IMG/VR virus record: IMGVR_UViG_3300045988_160053
Strand: one strand, 5' to 3'
Length of the DNA stretch: 64,000 nucleotides
From: a virus
In this document: positions 31,543 through 39,634 of the stretch, piece after piece
How the letters are laid out: each line of letters starts with the position of its first letter
Numbering within the stretch: the stretch's first letter is position 1
The notes under the pieces: generated by a model
Databases searched by the model: none
Seen by the model: the letters and a program-made list of their open reading frames with translations, nothing else
Told to the model about the DNA's origin: nothing
Translations under genes and position numbers: made by a program

Positions 31543-32085
31543 ATGGCAATTTACAAAGGTGAACAATGTCTTGCTGGAGTTGGTAAGAATGCAACTATTA
31601 AAATTGGTACTGCTAAAACAGGTACTTCGGCTGCAGTAACCAATTCTGGTACAGATACAGATGCAATATTAAATTTTACACTGCCCAAAGGTGATCAGGG
31701 AGTTGGTATTTCAAGTGTTATCCCTCATTATCTTGCAAGTTCTAAATCGCAGGGAGTGACCAGATCAACTACTGGATGGGCGACTTCCGCTCAGGTTATG
31801 ACATCTACAAACAAATATTTGTGGTGCTATCATGAATTTGTTTTATCAAATAATAATCATCTGTATACAAATGCAACCGTTATAGGTGTTTATGGAGATA
31901 AAGGTGATCCGGGCACAACTGATTACAATGGATTACAGAATAAACCGGTCGTTAATGGAGCTGTAACTGCTTATCAGTCAGATATTATGAAATCTCAGTT
32001 AAGGAATGTGACATTCTCTACTGAAGAACCTAAAATAACTGATGGTAAACCTGGTGATATGTGGGTGGTGTATGGCGATGAGTAA
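31543..32085 (+). CDS. fibre adaptor-like protein (180 aa)
   Basis: RBS AAAGGAGG. Ends …KPGDMWVVYGDE. Its stop overlaps the start of the next gene. Confidence 0.6.
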   Translation: MAIYKGEQCLAGVGKNATIKIGTAKTGTSAAVTNSGTDTDAILNFTLPKGDQGVGISSVIPHYLASSKSQGVTRSTTGWATSAQVMTSTNKYLWCYHEFVLSNNNHLYTNATVIGVYGDKGDPGTTDYNGLQNKPVVNGAVTAYQSDIMKSQLRNVTFSTEEPKITDGKPGDMWVVYGDE

Positions 32086-34708
32086 TATTAAAACTGGTGA
32101 TATTTTAAACTTTGATTATACTGGTACTGTCCAAACTGTAACACTTCCTAAAGGTACATATAAGTTGGAGTGTTGGGGTGCTCAAGGAGGATACAGTTCT
32201 TCTAATTCAGGAATAGAGGTTGGTATGGGCGGAAAAGGTGGATACTCCGCTGGAACTATTACACTAAACCAAAAAACACTTATATATATTTATACTGGTG
32301 GAGTTGGTAGCATAAGTGGCAACGGTAAAGCAGATGGTGGATTTCCTAATGGTGGTTCATCTTGGGCTTCCAGCACAAGCGAAGGTGCTGGTGGTGGCGG
32401 TGGATCATCCGATATCCGTATTGGTACCGATTCATTGTATGCTCGTGTTATCGTAGCTGGAGGTGGCGGAGGTGGCGGTGAAGACAACGAAACTGGCGGA
32501 TATGGTGGCGGTGAAACTGGCGGAACTTCAGGTTCTGGAACACCTGGTAGTCAAACTGCTCCAAGTGGATATTTTGGAATCGGCGGTCATACTTCCTATG
32601 ATGGTGGAGGTGGTGGCGGTGGATGGTATGGTGCTGATCCAGCCGGTGGTCAAACAACTCCAGCTACCGGTAGCAGTGGAAGTGACACATCTGGCTCTCC
32701 TGGAGGATCTGGTTACGTTTATACTTCTGCTACAGCCTCTAATTACCCGTCAGGTTGTTTATTAAACTCTTCTTATTACTTATCTGCTGCTAAAACCATA
32801 GCAGGTAACACTTCTTTTACATCTCCCACAGGTTCATCTGAGACAGGGCACTCTGGGAACGGCTATTGTCGAATTACTGTTATTGAATGCAAGAATACGG
32901 CGCTATATACCAGAATAAACAATTCAATGAAAAAGGCTACTGCTTTTTATTTCAAATTAAATAATAACAAAATGTACGGCGTTGGATCTGCTAATTATAA
33001 TGGTTCTGTTATGAATTTTGATTATACTGGTTCGGTTCAAACTGTTACATTGGCTCCTGGTACATATAAACTTGAATGCTGGGGCGCTCAAGGTGGGAAT
33101 GGATCATCTAATGGTAATTCTAATATAAATGCAGTTGGTGGTCTTGGTGGATATAGTGTTGGCACCATTACATTAAGTAAAACACAAAAAGTATATATAT
33201 ATTCTGGTGGAAAAGGACAAACTAAATCAAATACCGGTAGCTATTCTACTGTTAATGGTGGATTTAACGGCGGTGGGTCAAATTATACTTGTGGTTCCGG
33301 AGGTTCTGGTGGCGGTGGATCGGATATAAGGATCGGAACTGATTCATTATATGCAAGAGTAATTGTTGCAGGCGGCGGTTCTGGAACAGGATGGACAATT
33401 AAAGGTGCCGCTGGCGGTGGAATATTAGGCTTATCAAACTATAATTCATCTTACAATAGTACTCAAACAGCAGGAGGAATAGCTTATACTTCAGCTTACA
33501 ATATAATGCCCACAGCTGGCACTTTTGGTATAGGTGGCAATGGTTCCGGTTCTTCAGAAGGCGGTTCTGGCGGTGGAGGCGGCTGGTATGGAGGTGGCGG
33601 AGCCGGATATACGGGCGGTTCTAGTGGTGGATCAGGTTATGTCTACACTTCTGTCACTGCTTCAAATTATCCAAATGGTTGTTTACTTAACTCTTCTTAT
33701 TATCTTTCTAATGCTCAAACTATTGCCGGAGATCAATCGTTCCCTGCTCCTTCTGGTTCTACAGAAACTGGTCATTCTGGTAATGGACATGTAAAAATCA
33801 CTAAATTATCAGATGTAATATATCTTACTCATGCTAAGAACAACATAATGGATTTTAATTATACAGGTTCAGTACAATCTAAAACTCTAAAACCAGGTAC
33901 GTATACAATAGAATGCTGGGGTGGCCAAGGAGGAACTTACAGTAGTTACATAGGCGGATACGGTGGTTATTCCAAGGGTACTATTACTCTTACTGAAGCA
34001 ACTACTGTTTATATATCTGTTGGTGGGGCTGGATCTTCCTCTTCTACTGCTGCAGGATTCAATGGTGGAGGAACTGGTATTTCTTCTGGTAGAGGTGGTG
34101 GAGGAGCTACAGATGTTCGTATAGGTCAAAATTCTCTATATTCAAGAGTTATCGTAGCCGGAGGTGGCGGCGGAGCTGGTGTAACAAGTGCCAATGCTAA
34201 TCCTTGTGGTTGTGGCGGTGGAGAATATGGTGGAGATGGATATTACAATGATACCACTGGTTCTTATACTATAGGTCAAAATAGATGTGGTGGTAGTGCC
34301 TCACAAACTGCAGGTGGCAAAACATGGAGCACGAGCACTCAGGCTACTTTTGGTCAAGGCGGAAATGCTTCAGGCTACTCTTGTGGTGGTGGCGGAGGCG
34401 GCTGGTATGGCGGTGGTGGAGCCTATGACAGTGATTCTGACTCTGATGGACGTTGGGGTGGAGGAGGCTCAGGATATGTTTATACCTCTTCTACAGCTAA
34501 AAATTACCCTAACGGATGTCTACTAAATTCTACTCATTATCTCACAAATGCTCAGACTATCGCAGGAAACACTTCTTTTACTTCTCCTACAGGATCAGCA
34601 GAAACTGGTCACACAGGCAGTGGATTCTGCAGAATTACAAATTTGAACCCAACACAATATGGATTATACGTAAAAACGAACTCTGGTTGGAAACACATAG
34701 ATTTATAA
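32078..34708 (+). CDS. glycine-rich (PF12810-like) three-module adhesin-like tail protein
   Basis: Three modules of about 270 aa start near 32101, 33009 and 33845. Each runs NF[DN]YTG.VQ..TL.PGTY.[LI]ECWG[AG]QGG … GG.GGYS.GTITL … GGG[GA].[ST]D[IV]RIG..SLY[AS]RVIVAGGGGG … GGGGGWYG … GGSGYVYTS … ETGH[ST]G[NS]G.[CV][RK]IT. Start trimmed to ATG 32078 (ATGAGTAA overlap with the upstream stop). ATG 32072 is also possible, and the track start 32042 is unlikely. Confidence 0.8.
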   Translation: MSNIKTGDILNFDYTGTVQTVTLPKGTYKLECWGAQGGYSSSNSGIEVGMGGKGGYSAGTITLNQKTLIYIYTGGVGSISGNGKADGGFPNGGSSWASSTSEGAGGGGGSSDIRIGTDSLYARVIVAGGGGGGGEDNETGGYGGGETGGTSGSGTPGSQTAPSGYFGIGGHTSYDGGGGGGGWYGADPAGGQTTPATGSSGSDTSGSPGGSGYVYTSATASNYPSGCLLNSSYYLSAAKTIAGNTSFTSPTGSSETGHSGNGYCRITVIECKNTALYTRINNSMKKATAFYFKLNNNKMYGVGSANYNGSVMNFDYTGSVQTVTLAPGTYKLECWGAQGGNGSSNGNSNINAVGGLGGYSVGTITLSKTQKVYIYSGGKGQTKSNTGSYSTVNGGFNGGGSNYTCGSGGSGGGGSDIRIGTDSLYARVIVAGGGSGTGWTIKGAAGGGILGLSNYNSSYNSTQTAGGIAYTSAYNIMPTAGTFGIGGNGSGSSEGGSGGGGGWYGGGGAGYTGGSSGGSGYVYTSVTASNYPNGCLLNSSYYLSNAQTIAGDQSFPAPSGSTETGHSGNGHVKITKLSDVIYLTHAKNNIMDFNYTGSVQSKTLKPGTYTIECWGGQGGTYSSYIGGYGGYSKGTITLTEATTVYISVGGAGSSSSTAAGFNGGGTGISSGRGGGGATDVRIGQNSLYSRVIVAGGGGGAGVTSANANPCGCGGGEYGGDGYYNDTTGSYTIGQNRCGGSASQTAGGKTWSTSTQATFGQGGNASGYSCGGGGGGWYGGGGAYDSDSDSDGRWGGGGSGYVYTSSTAKNYPNGCLLNSTHYLTNAQTIAGNTSFTSPTGSAETGHTGSGFCRITNLNPTQYGLYVKTNSGWKHIDL

Positions 34709-34723
34709 AAGGAGGGCTTAACT

Positions 34724-34999
34724 ATGCCGATTATATTTCACGGAACAGGTAGTGGCGGCTCTGCTAAAAAACTAAAAACCGCACGAACTATTAATGGTAC
34801 GAATTTTGATGGTACAGCTAATATTACTACTGCTAATTGGGGAACAACAAGAACCGTTACTGTAGGAAATACAAGTAAATCTGTAAATGGATCTGGAAAC
34901 GTAAGTTGGTCGTTAGCTGAAATAGGTATTCATCTTTCAACAACGGAACCTGCAGCTAGTGACGGAAAAAATGGAGATATTTGGATTACTTATGAATAA
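34724..34999 (+). CDS. mini fibre/adaptor protein (91 aa) with Phage_fiber_2-like repeat
   Basis: AKKLKTARTINGTNFDGTANIT matches the KL.T.R.I.G..FDG..NI fibre repeat. Ends KNGDIWITYE, like the 180-aa protein. RBS AAAGGAGGG. Confidence 0.6.
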   Translation: MPIIFHGTGSGGSAKKLKTARTINGTNFDGTANITTANWGTTRTVTVGNTSKSVNGSGNVSWSLAEIGIHLSTTEPAASDGKNGDIWITYE

Positions 35000-35023
35000 A
35001 AGACTGAAAGGAAGGTGAGGCTT

Positions 35024-35665
35024 ATGGCTTGTAGTAATGGATGTGGAACTTCTTGTTCTACTGACTGCACTCATTCATCATCTGGTGGATGTGGTGGTTC
35101 TTGTGGTGGTTCTTGCTCTACTAACTGTACTGGTGGATGTTCTGGATATTGTGATGGAACTTGTAAGGGAGGTTCAGGAAGTACTTGTTCTGACTGTACT
35201 GCCAAATGTGCTAATGACTGTACCGGAGCTTGTACAAATGCTTGTGTAACCGGATGCACTGGCTGTGGGAACAACTGTGATGGAGACTGTACAAGCGCCT
35301 GTGCTCAAAGGTGCTCTAATGATTGCAATGCTGCATGTACTGCTACTTGTGCTTATGATTGCGAACATACTTGCACTGCTTCTTGTGCCAACGACTGCAC
35401 CAGTTGTGGTGGATCTTGCTCAAGTAATTGCTCAGGAAATTGTGATTCCGGTTGTTATACTGGTTGTTATGGTTGTGATTCTACCTGTTCTGGTGGTTGT
35501 TCTGGCACTTGTAATACTACTTGCACTACCACTTGCGCCAATGACTGCACTGGCGGGTGCAAAGGAACCTGTACAGGTGGATGTGGTGGTTCTTGTGATA
35601 ATTCATGCGGCTTTTCTTGTGAAGCTTCATGTGATAACAATTGTACTGCTGTTTGTTCTGTATCT
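35024..35665 (+). repeat. coding 12-nt periodic Cys-X-X-X repeat tract (about 50 units)
   Basis: A TGT/TGC codon recurs every fourth codon (CSNGCGTSCSTDC…CDNNCTAVC). The units are degenerate at the DNA level. The tract creates spurious ORFs in other frames and on the opposite strand. Confidence 0.9.
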
Positions 35666-37465
35666 TCTGTGTATGGTGGAAACTCAGAGAAGAGTGTATT
35701 GAATTTTGCTTATACAGGTAAAGCTCAATCTGTAACCCTTGAGCCTGGAAAATATGTTCTTGAATGTTGGGGAGCACAGGGAGGTTATCGTTCTAATTCT
35801 AGTTATGGTGGAAAAGGTGGCTATTCTACAGGGACTTTAACATTGACTCAAAAAACTACTATATACATATATGTCGGTGGATCTGGAAATTCTGTTACAT
35901 CAGCATCAAATTCAATCTATCCCGGAGGTTTCAATGGTGGTGGATATAGATACAATTATAAAGGTGGTGGTGGCGCTACTGATATTCGTATTGGAAGTGC
36001 TTCTTTATATGCCCGTGTTATCGTTGCAGGTGGCGGTGGTTCTGATGGTAGTCCTAATTATAGTGGTGGGTATGCAGGTGGTGTATCTGGTACTAGGGGA
36101 AATTTTGGATGTGGTTCATATGGATATGGTGGATCTCAAACTGCTTCATATTCATCTTTAAGTGCTATTAATTCACAAGGCACCACAAATTCTTCTTCTA
36201 ACTGTGCTGCTGGTTTTGGTTTCGGTGGTTTTGGATGTTATTACGCTTCAGGTTACGGTGGAGCCGGTGGCGGAGGATGGTACGGTGGACAAGGTACTTA
36301 TCCTGATGGTTCTGGAGATGATGATGGCGGTGGCGGAGGTGGATCTGGTTACGTTTATACTTCCTCTTCTGCTTCTAACTATCCTCAAGGCTGTCTCCTA
36401 AATTCATCTTACTATCTTTCTGATGCTTCTAATTTATCTGGCAATGAATCTTTCAAATCTCCTTCTGGTGCTACAGAAACTGGTCATTCTGATAATGGCT
36501 ATTGTAGGATTACCTGTTATGTCAAAAAGAAAACTCTACATTGTAAAATGAACAATGAAATTAAAAAAGCAGCTCCAGTATTTATGAAAATGAACAATAA
36601 AATTTATGATGCTGGCGCTAATGCTGTAATGGATTTTGCTTATACAGGAACAGCTCAAGCTATATCACTTCCAAGAGGAAAATATATTATAGAATGCTGG
36701 GGCGCTCAAGGCGGTTCATATAGTAGTTATTATGGTGGTGCTGGAGGATATTCTGTCGGAACCATAACTCTAACTAAAAATTCTACGGATTTATATATTT
36801 ATGTTGGTGGACAACCAGAAGCTACAACTTCAACAGGTGAAACACCTGGTGGATTTAACGGAGGAGGAAAAGGTTGTTCAAGAACTTATAATTATAGTAG
36901 TTATGGACAAGGTGGCGGCGGTGCAACCGATGTTCGTATAGGAAAAAATGATCTTTATGCTAGAGTTATTGTCGCTGGTGGCGGCGGAGGTTCATCATCA
37001 GAAAATTCGCTTACAACAAAATATGGCGGTGGAACTACTGGTGGTTCTTCTGCTTCTGGATATGGAGCTACACAAACTGCTGCAGGTACAAATGGTTCGT
37101 TTGGTCAAGGTGGTTCTGCAACAACTTCTGGAACTAATTATAATTATGGTTCCGGCGGTGGTGGAGGTGGATGGTATGGTGGTGGTGCATGTTCTGATTA
37201 TAGTGACAGCACTAACTACCGAGGCTATAATGGCGGAGGTTCAGGATATGTTTACACTTCAGCTACTGCTGCTAATTATCCAAGTGGTAATTATGTAAAT
37301 TCTTCTTACTACCTTACCAATGCGCAAACTATAGCAGGAAATCAATCATTTAAATCACCTGATGGAACAAATGAAACAGGCCATACCGGAAATGGTTTCT
37401 GTCGAATCACCCGTAAATCAGGAAAAATATTTGTAAAACAAAACGGTTCATGGATCAAAGTATAA
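35024..37465 (+). CDS. CXXX-repeat / glycine-rich two-module tail-fibre-like protein (putative radical SAM maturase substrate)
   Basis: ATG 35024 is preferred over the track's GTG 35015 because the GGAAGGTGAGG RBS is well spaced. Residues 3 to about 207 carry 52 Cys, almost all at C-x-x-x spacing. Two PF12810-like modules follow, starting near 35695 and 36627 and ending ETGHSDNGYCRIT / ETGHTGNGFCRIT. Confidence 0.85.
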   Translation: MACSNGCGTSCSTDCTHSSSGGCGGSCGGSCSTNCTGGCSGYCDGTCKGGSGSTCSDCTAKCANDCTGACTNACVTGCTGCGNNCDGDCTSACAQRCSNDCNAACTATCAYDCEHTCTASCANDCTSCGGSCSSNCSGNCDSGCYTGCYGCDSTCSGGCSGTCNTTCTTTCANDCTGGCKGTCTGGCGGSCDNSCGFSCEASCDNNCTAVCSVSSVYGGNSEKSVLNFAYTGKAQSVTLEPGKYVLECWGAQGGYRSNSSYGGKGGYSTGTLTLTQKTTIYIYVGGSGNSVTSASNSIYPGGFNGGGYRYNYKGGGGATDIRIGSASLYARVIVAGGGGSDGSPNYSGGYAGGVSGTRGNFGCGSYGYGGSQTASYSSLSAINSQGTTNSSSNCAAGFGFGGFGCYYASGYGGAGGGGWYGGQGTYPDGSGDDDGGGGGGSGYVYTSSSASNYPQGCLLNSSYYLSDASNLSGNESFKSPSGATETGHSDNGYCRITCYVKKKTLHCKMNNEIKKAAPVFMKMNNKIYDAGANAVMDFAYTGTAQAISLPRGKYIIECWGAQGGSYSSYYGGAGGYSVGTITLTKNSTDLYIYVGGQPEATTSTGETPGGFNGGGKGCSRTYNYSSYGQGGGGATDVRIGKNDLYARVIVAGGGGGSSSENSLTTKYGGGTTGGSSASGYGATQTAAGTNGSFGQGGSATTSGTNYNYGSGGGGGGWYGGGACSDYSDSTNYRGYNGGGSGYVYTSATAANYPSGNYVNSSYYLTNAQTIAGNQSFKSPDGTNETGHTGNGFCRITRKSGKIFVKQNGSWIKV

Positions 37466-37503
37466 CACTTTGGTCCATATTTAAATTACGAGGAGGAATT
37501 GTT

Positions 37504-37902
37504 ATGAAACTTATTTTTAAAGACGGACAAGAATTAGTTATTACTCGTGCTAACGATACATATTCATATGAAGGATATAAAGATGGGTTAGGAAATGATA
37601 TGAACAAAAATATTGTAGCTACTATTTCTATCTTCAATTCTGATAAATCTTTAAACACTATTAAGGATATGATTACTGATGACAATAGAACAGGTTTTAA
37701 AATTATTTATGGGAATACCCAGAAAGATTATACTGGAATGAAAATTGAAAGTATTTCAGAAGAAATCTCCAATGAAAGAAGTGTTATTAATATCTCATTA
37801 GCTACAGATAAAACCATAGCTCCTACTGAGACCACTGGAACAACAACAGAAAAAACTAAAGAAGAAACTAAAGAAAAAACGGAAACAGCTTCTGATAAAT
37901 AA
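37504..37902 (+). CDS. hypothetical protein (132 aa) with Thr/Glu/Lys-rich tail
   Basis: Trimmed to ATG 37504, 5 nt after the GAGGAGGAA RBS; the track start 37450 overlaps the previous gene. No motif. Confidence 0.6.
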   Translation: MKLIFKDGQELVITRANDTYSYEGYKDGLGNDMNKNIVATISIFNSDKSLNTIKDMITDDNRTGFKIIYGNTQKDYTGMKIESISEEISNERSVINISLATDKTIAPTETTGTTTEKTKEETKEKTETASDK

Positions 37903-37927
37903 TTAAGAATGAAAGGAATATAAGGAT

Positions 37928-38266
37928 ATGAGAAAAATAATCGTAAAGGTTGATAAAGAAAAAGCTACAGAGCTTGAAAGAGTTAATTTTGAATTAAACT
38001 TCGTAAAAGACATTGTACAGAGAGTTATTGAATCACATCCAAGCGATTTAGAACTCATCAATGGAGATACTCTTATGTCTTACAATAAACGTGGTGCAGA
38101 ATTACAGAGAAAGTATGCTGCTCTTGCAAATGAGATGGAAAAGGAATACATCCCAGAATACCTCGAAGGTCATCAGTATAGTTGGATTATTCCAAATAAT
38201 TCTGATGAAATGACTATTACTATTAAATGTAATTGTGAGATTCCAGAATTAGAGGGAATAGCATGA
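37928..38266 (+). CDS. small accessory protein translationally coupled to the radical SAM maturase (possible CXXX-repeat modification system partner)
   Basis: 112 aa with a GAAAGGAATATAAGGAT RBS. Its stop overlaps the maturase start (ATGA at 38263-38266). The function is inferred from context only. Confidence 0.5.
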   Translation: MRKIIVKVDKEKATELERVNFELNFVKDIVQRVIESHPSDLELINGDTLMSYNKRGAELQRKYAALANEMEKEYIPEYLEGHQYSWIIPNNSDEMTITIKCNCEIPELEGIA

Positions 38267-39594
38267 AAAGAACAGAACAATATTCGGACCAGATAGCTAG
38301 ACTTTATCCATCTAAGAAGGTAAAAACCGATGACGGACAAAGAATATTAACACAGAGTATCACTTTTCAAGTAACTGATGATTGCAACCTTGCGTGTCTA
38401 TATTGTTACCAAGGACACAAAGGAAAAAATCGAATGTCGTTTGAAACAGCTAAGAAATTCTTTGATTTAGTTGTATCAGGTGAAAAAGGTTTTAAATCTT
38501 ATATCAATCCAGAGAAATCTCCTGGATTGGTTGTAGATTTCATTGGAGGAGAACCCTTTCTTGAGATAGAGCTTATAGATCAAATCTGTACTTATATTAT
38601 GGATAAACTCATAGAGTTGGATCATCCTTGGGCCATGAAAACTATGTTCTCTATTTGTTCAAATGGTGTTTTATACAGGGACGAAAAAGTACAAGCATTT
38701 CTTCGTAAATGGGCCAATAGATTATCTTTCTCAGTTACTATTGATGGGAATAAAGAATTACATGATTCCTGCCGAGTTTTTCCAGATGGTGGTCCAAGTT
38801 ATGACATAGCTGTCGATGCTGCGTCAGATTGGATGAAACGTGGAAATCATATGGGAAGCAAGATCACAATTGCTCCGGGCAATATCAGCTTTCTATACGA
38901 TGCTATTAAGCATATGGTCGATCTTGGATATGATGAAATCAATGCCAATTGTGTATATGAAAAGGGTTGGACACCTGTACATGCAACTGTTCTTTATGAT
39001 CAAATGAAACGTATATCTGATTATTTCTTGGAACAGAATTTTGATTTTGAACGTGATTTCTTCTGTTCCCTTTATAATGAAGACTTCTTTCAGCCTAAAG
39101 ATCCTGATGATTTACAAAGTTGGTGTGGAGGCGTTGGTAATTCAATGATTGCTTGCGATCCTCAAGGTCGCATATTTCCATGTATCAGATATATGGAATC
39201 TTCTCTTAATGGAGAGCAAGAACCGTACTCTATTGGTGATGTAGATAATGGTATAGGATGCACAGAATGTTATAAATGCAGAATTAATTGTATGGCAAAA
39301 ATAGATAGAAGGACACAGAGTACAGATGAATGTTTCTATTGTCCTATAGCTGCAGGATGTTCTAATTGTTCTGGTTATGATTATCAAGTGAATGGTACTC
39401 CTGACTCAAAAGCTACTTATATATGTGTTATGCATAAAGCTCGTGCTCTTGGGAATCTGTATTTCTGGAATAAATATTATAGAAAAAATAATATGAGTAA
39501 GCGAATGAAAAACTATGTGCCAGATGAATGGGCGCTTGAGATTATTTCTGAATCAGAACTTAATATGTTGAAAGAACTTGAAAGAGAGGATTAA
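38263..39594 (+). CDS. radical SAM / SPASM-domain peptide maturase
   Basis: CNLACLYC (CX3CX2C, nt about 38383-38406) within FQVTDDCNLACLYCYQ. GGEPFLE motif. C-terminal Cys cluster WCGGVGNSMIACDPQGRIFPC … CTECYKCRINC … CFYCPIAAGCSNC, typical of SPASM auxiliary Fe-S domains. Confidence 0.85.
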   Translation: MKRTEQYSDQIARLYPSKKVKTDDGQRILTQSITFQVTDDCNLACLYCYQGHKGKNRMSFETAKKFFDLVVSGEKGFKSYINPEKSPGLVVDFIGGEPFLEIELIDQICTYIMDKLIELDHPWAMKTMFSICSNGVLYRDEKVQAFLRKWANRLSFSVTIDGNKELHDSCRVFPDGGPSYDIAVDAASDWMKRGNHMGSKITIAPGNISFLYDAIKHMVDLGYDEINANCVYEKGWTPVHATVLYDQMKRISDYFLEQNFDFERDFFCSLYNEDFFQPKDPDDLQSWCGGVGNSMIACDPQGRIFPCIRYMESSLNGEQEPYSIGDVDNGIGCTECYKCRINCMAKIDRRTQSTDECFYCPIAAGCSNCSGYDYQVNGTPDSKATYICVMHKARALGNLYFWNKYYRKNNMSKRMKNYVPDEWALEIISESELNMLKELERED

Positions 39595-39612
39595 AAGCCT
39601 CTCTTTTTTATT
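39583..39612 (+). terminator. intrinsic terminator closing the fibre/maturase operon
   Basis: AGAGAGG (39583-39589) pairs with CCTCTCT (39598-39604). 8-nt loop, then TTTTTTATT. Overlaps the maturase stop codon. Confidence 0.6.
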
Positions 39613-39634
39613 GACTAAAAGGAGGCTTGATATT

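Noticed and set aside
35024-35665. The 12-nt periodic tract as a CRISPR array or non-coding tandem repeat
   Set aside because: The period is far too short for repeat-spacer units and the units are degenerate. The tract sits in-frame in a long ORF with a good RBS, so it is a coding Cys-X-X-X repeat.
32290-37298. Many ORFs in other frames or strands across the Gly- and Cys-rich genes (32290-32765, 33534-34129, 34287-34752, 35037-35777, 35871-36401, 36948-37298)
   Set aside because: They are by-products of GGT/GGC and TGT/TGC codon periodicity. Their translations are monotonous (V/L/H/P-rich) and they overlap the strongly supported modular reading frame.
28634-37465. Diversity-generating retroelement acting on the fibre or adhesin genes
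   Set aside because: No reverse transcriptase gene in the window. I could not find a near-identical template/variable repeat pair differing mainly at adenines. The paralogous modules are diverged throughout.
38263-39594. Radical SAM enzyme as an anaerobic sulfatase-maturating enzyme or a cofactor (PQQ/mycofactocin-type) maturase
   Set aside because: There is no sulfatase gene, no C/S-x-P-x-R target motif and no cofactor-pathway genes nearby. The only conspicuous Cys-rich candidate substrate is the CXXX-repeat protein in the same operon. This still needs an HMM or phylogenetic check.
34724-39612. A conventional secreted RiPP/bacteriocin gene cluster
   Set aside because: There is no short precursor with a leader, no leader peptidase, no ABC exporter and no immunity gene. 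The Cys-rich tract is fused to a 600-aa structural-type protein inside a phage tail module.
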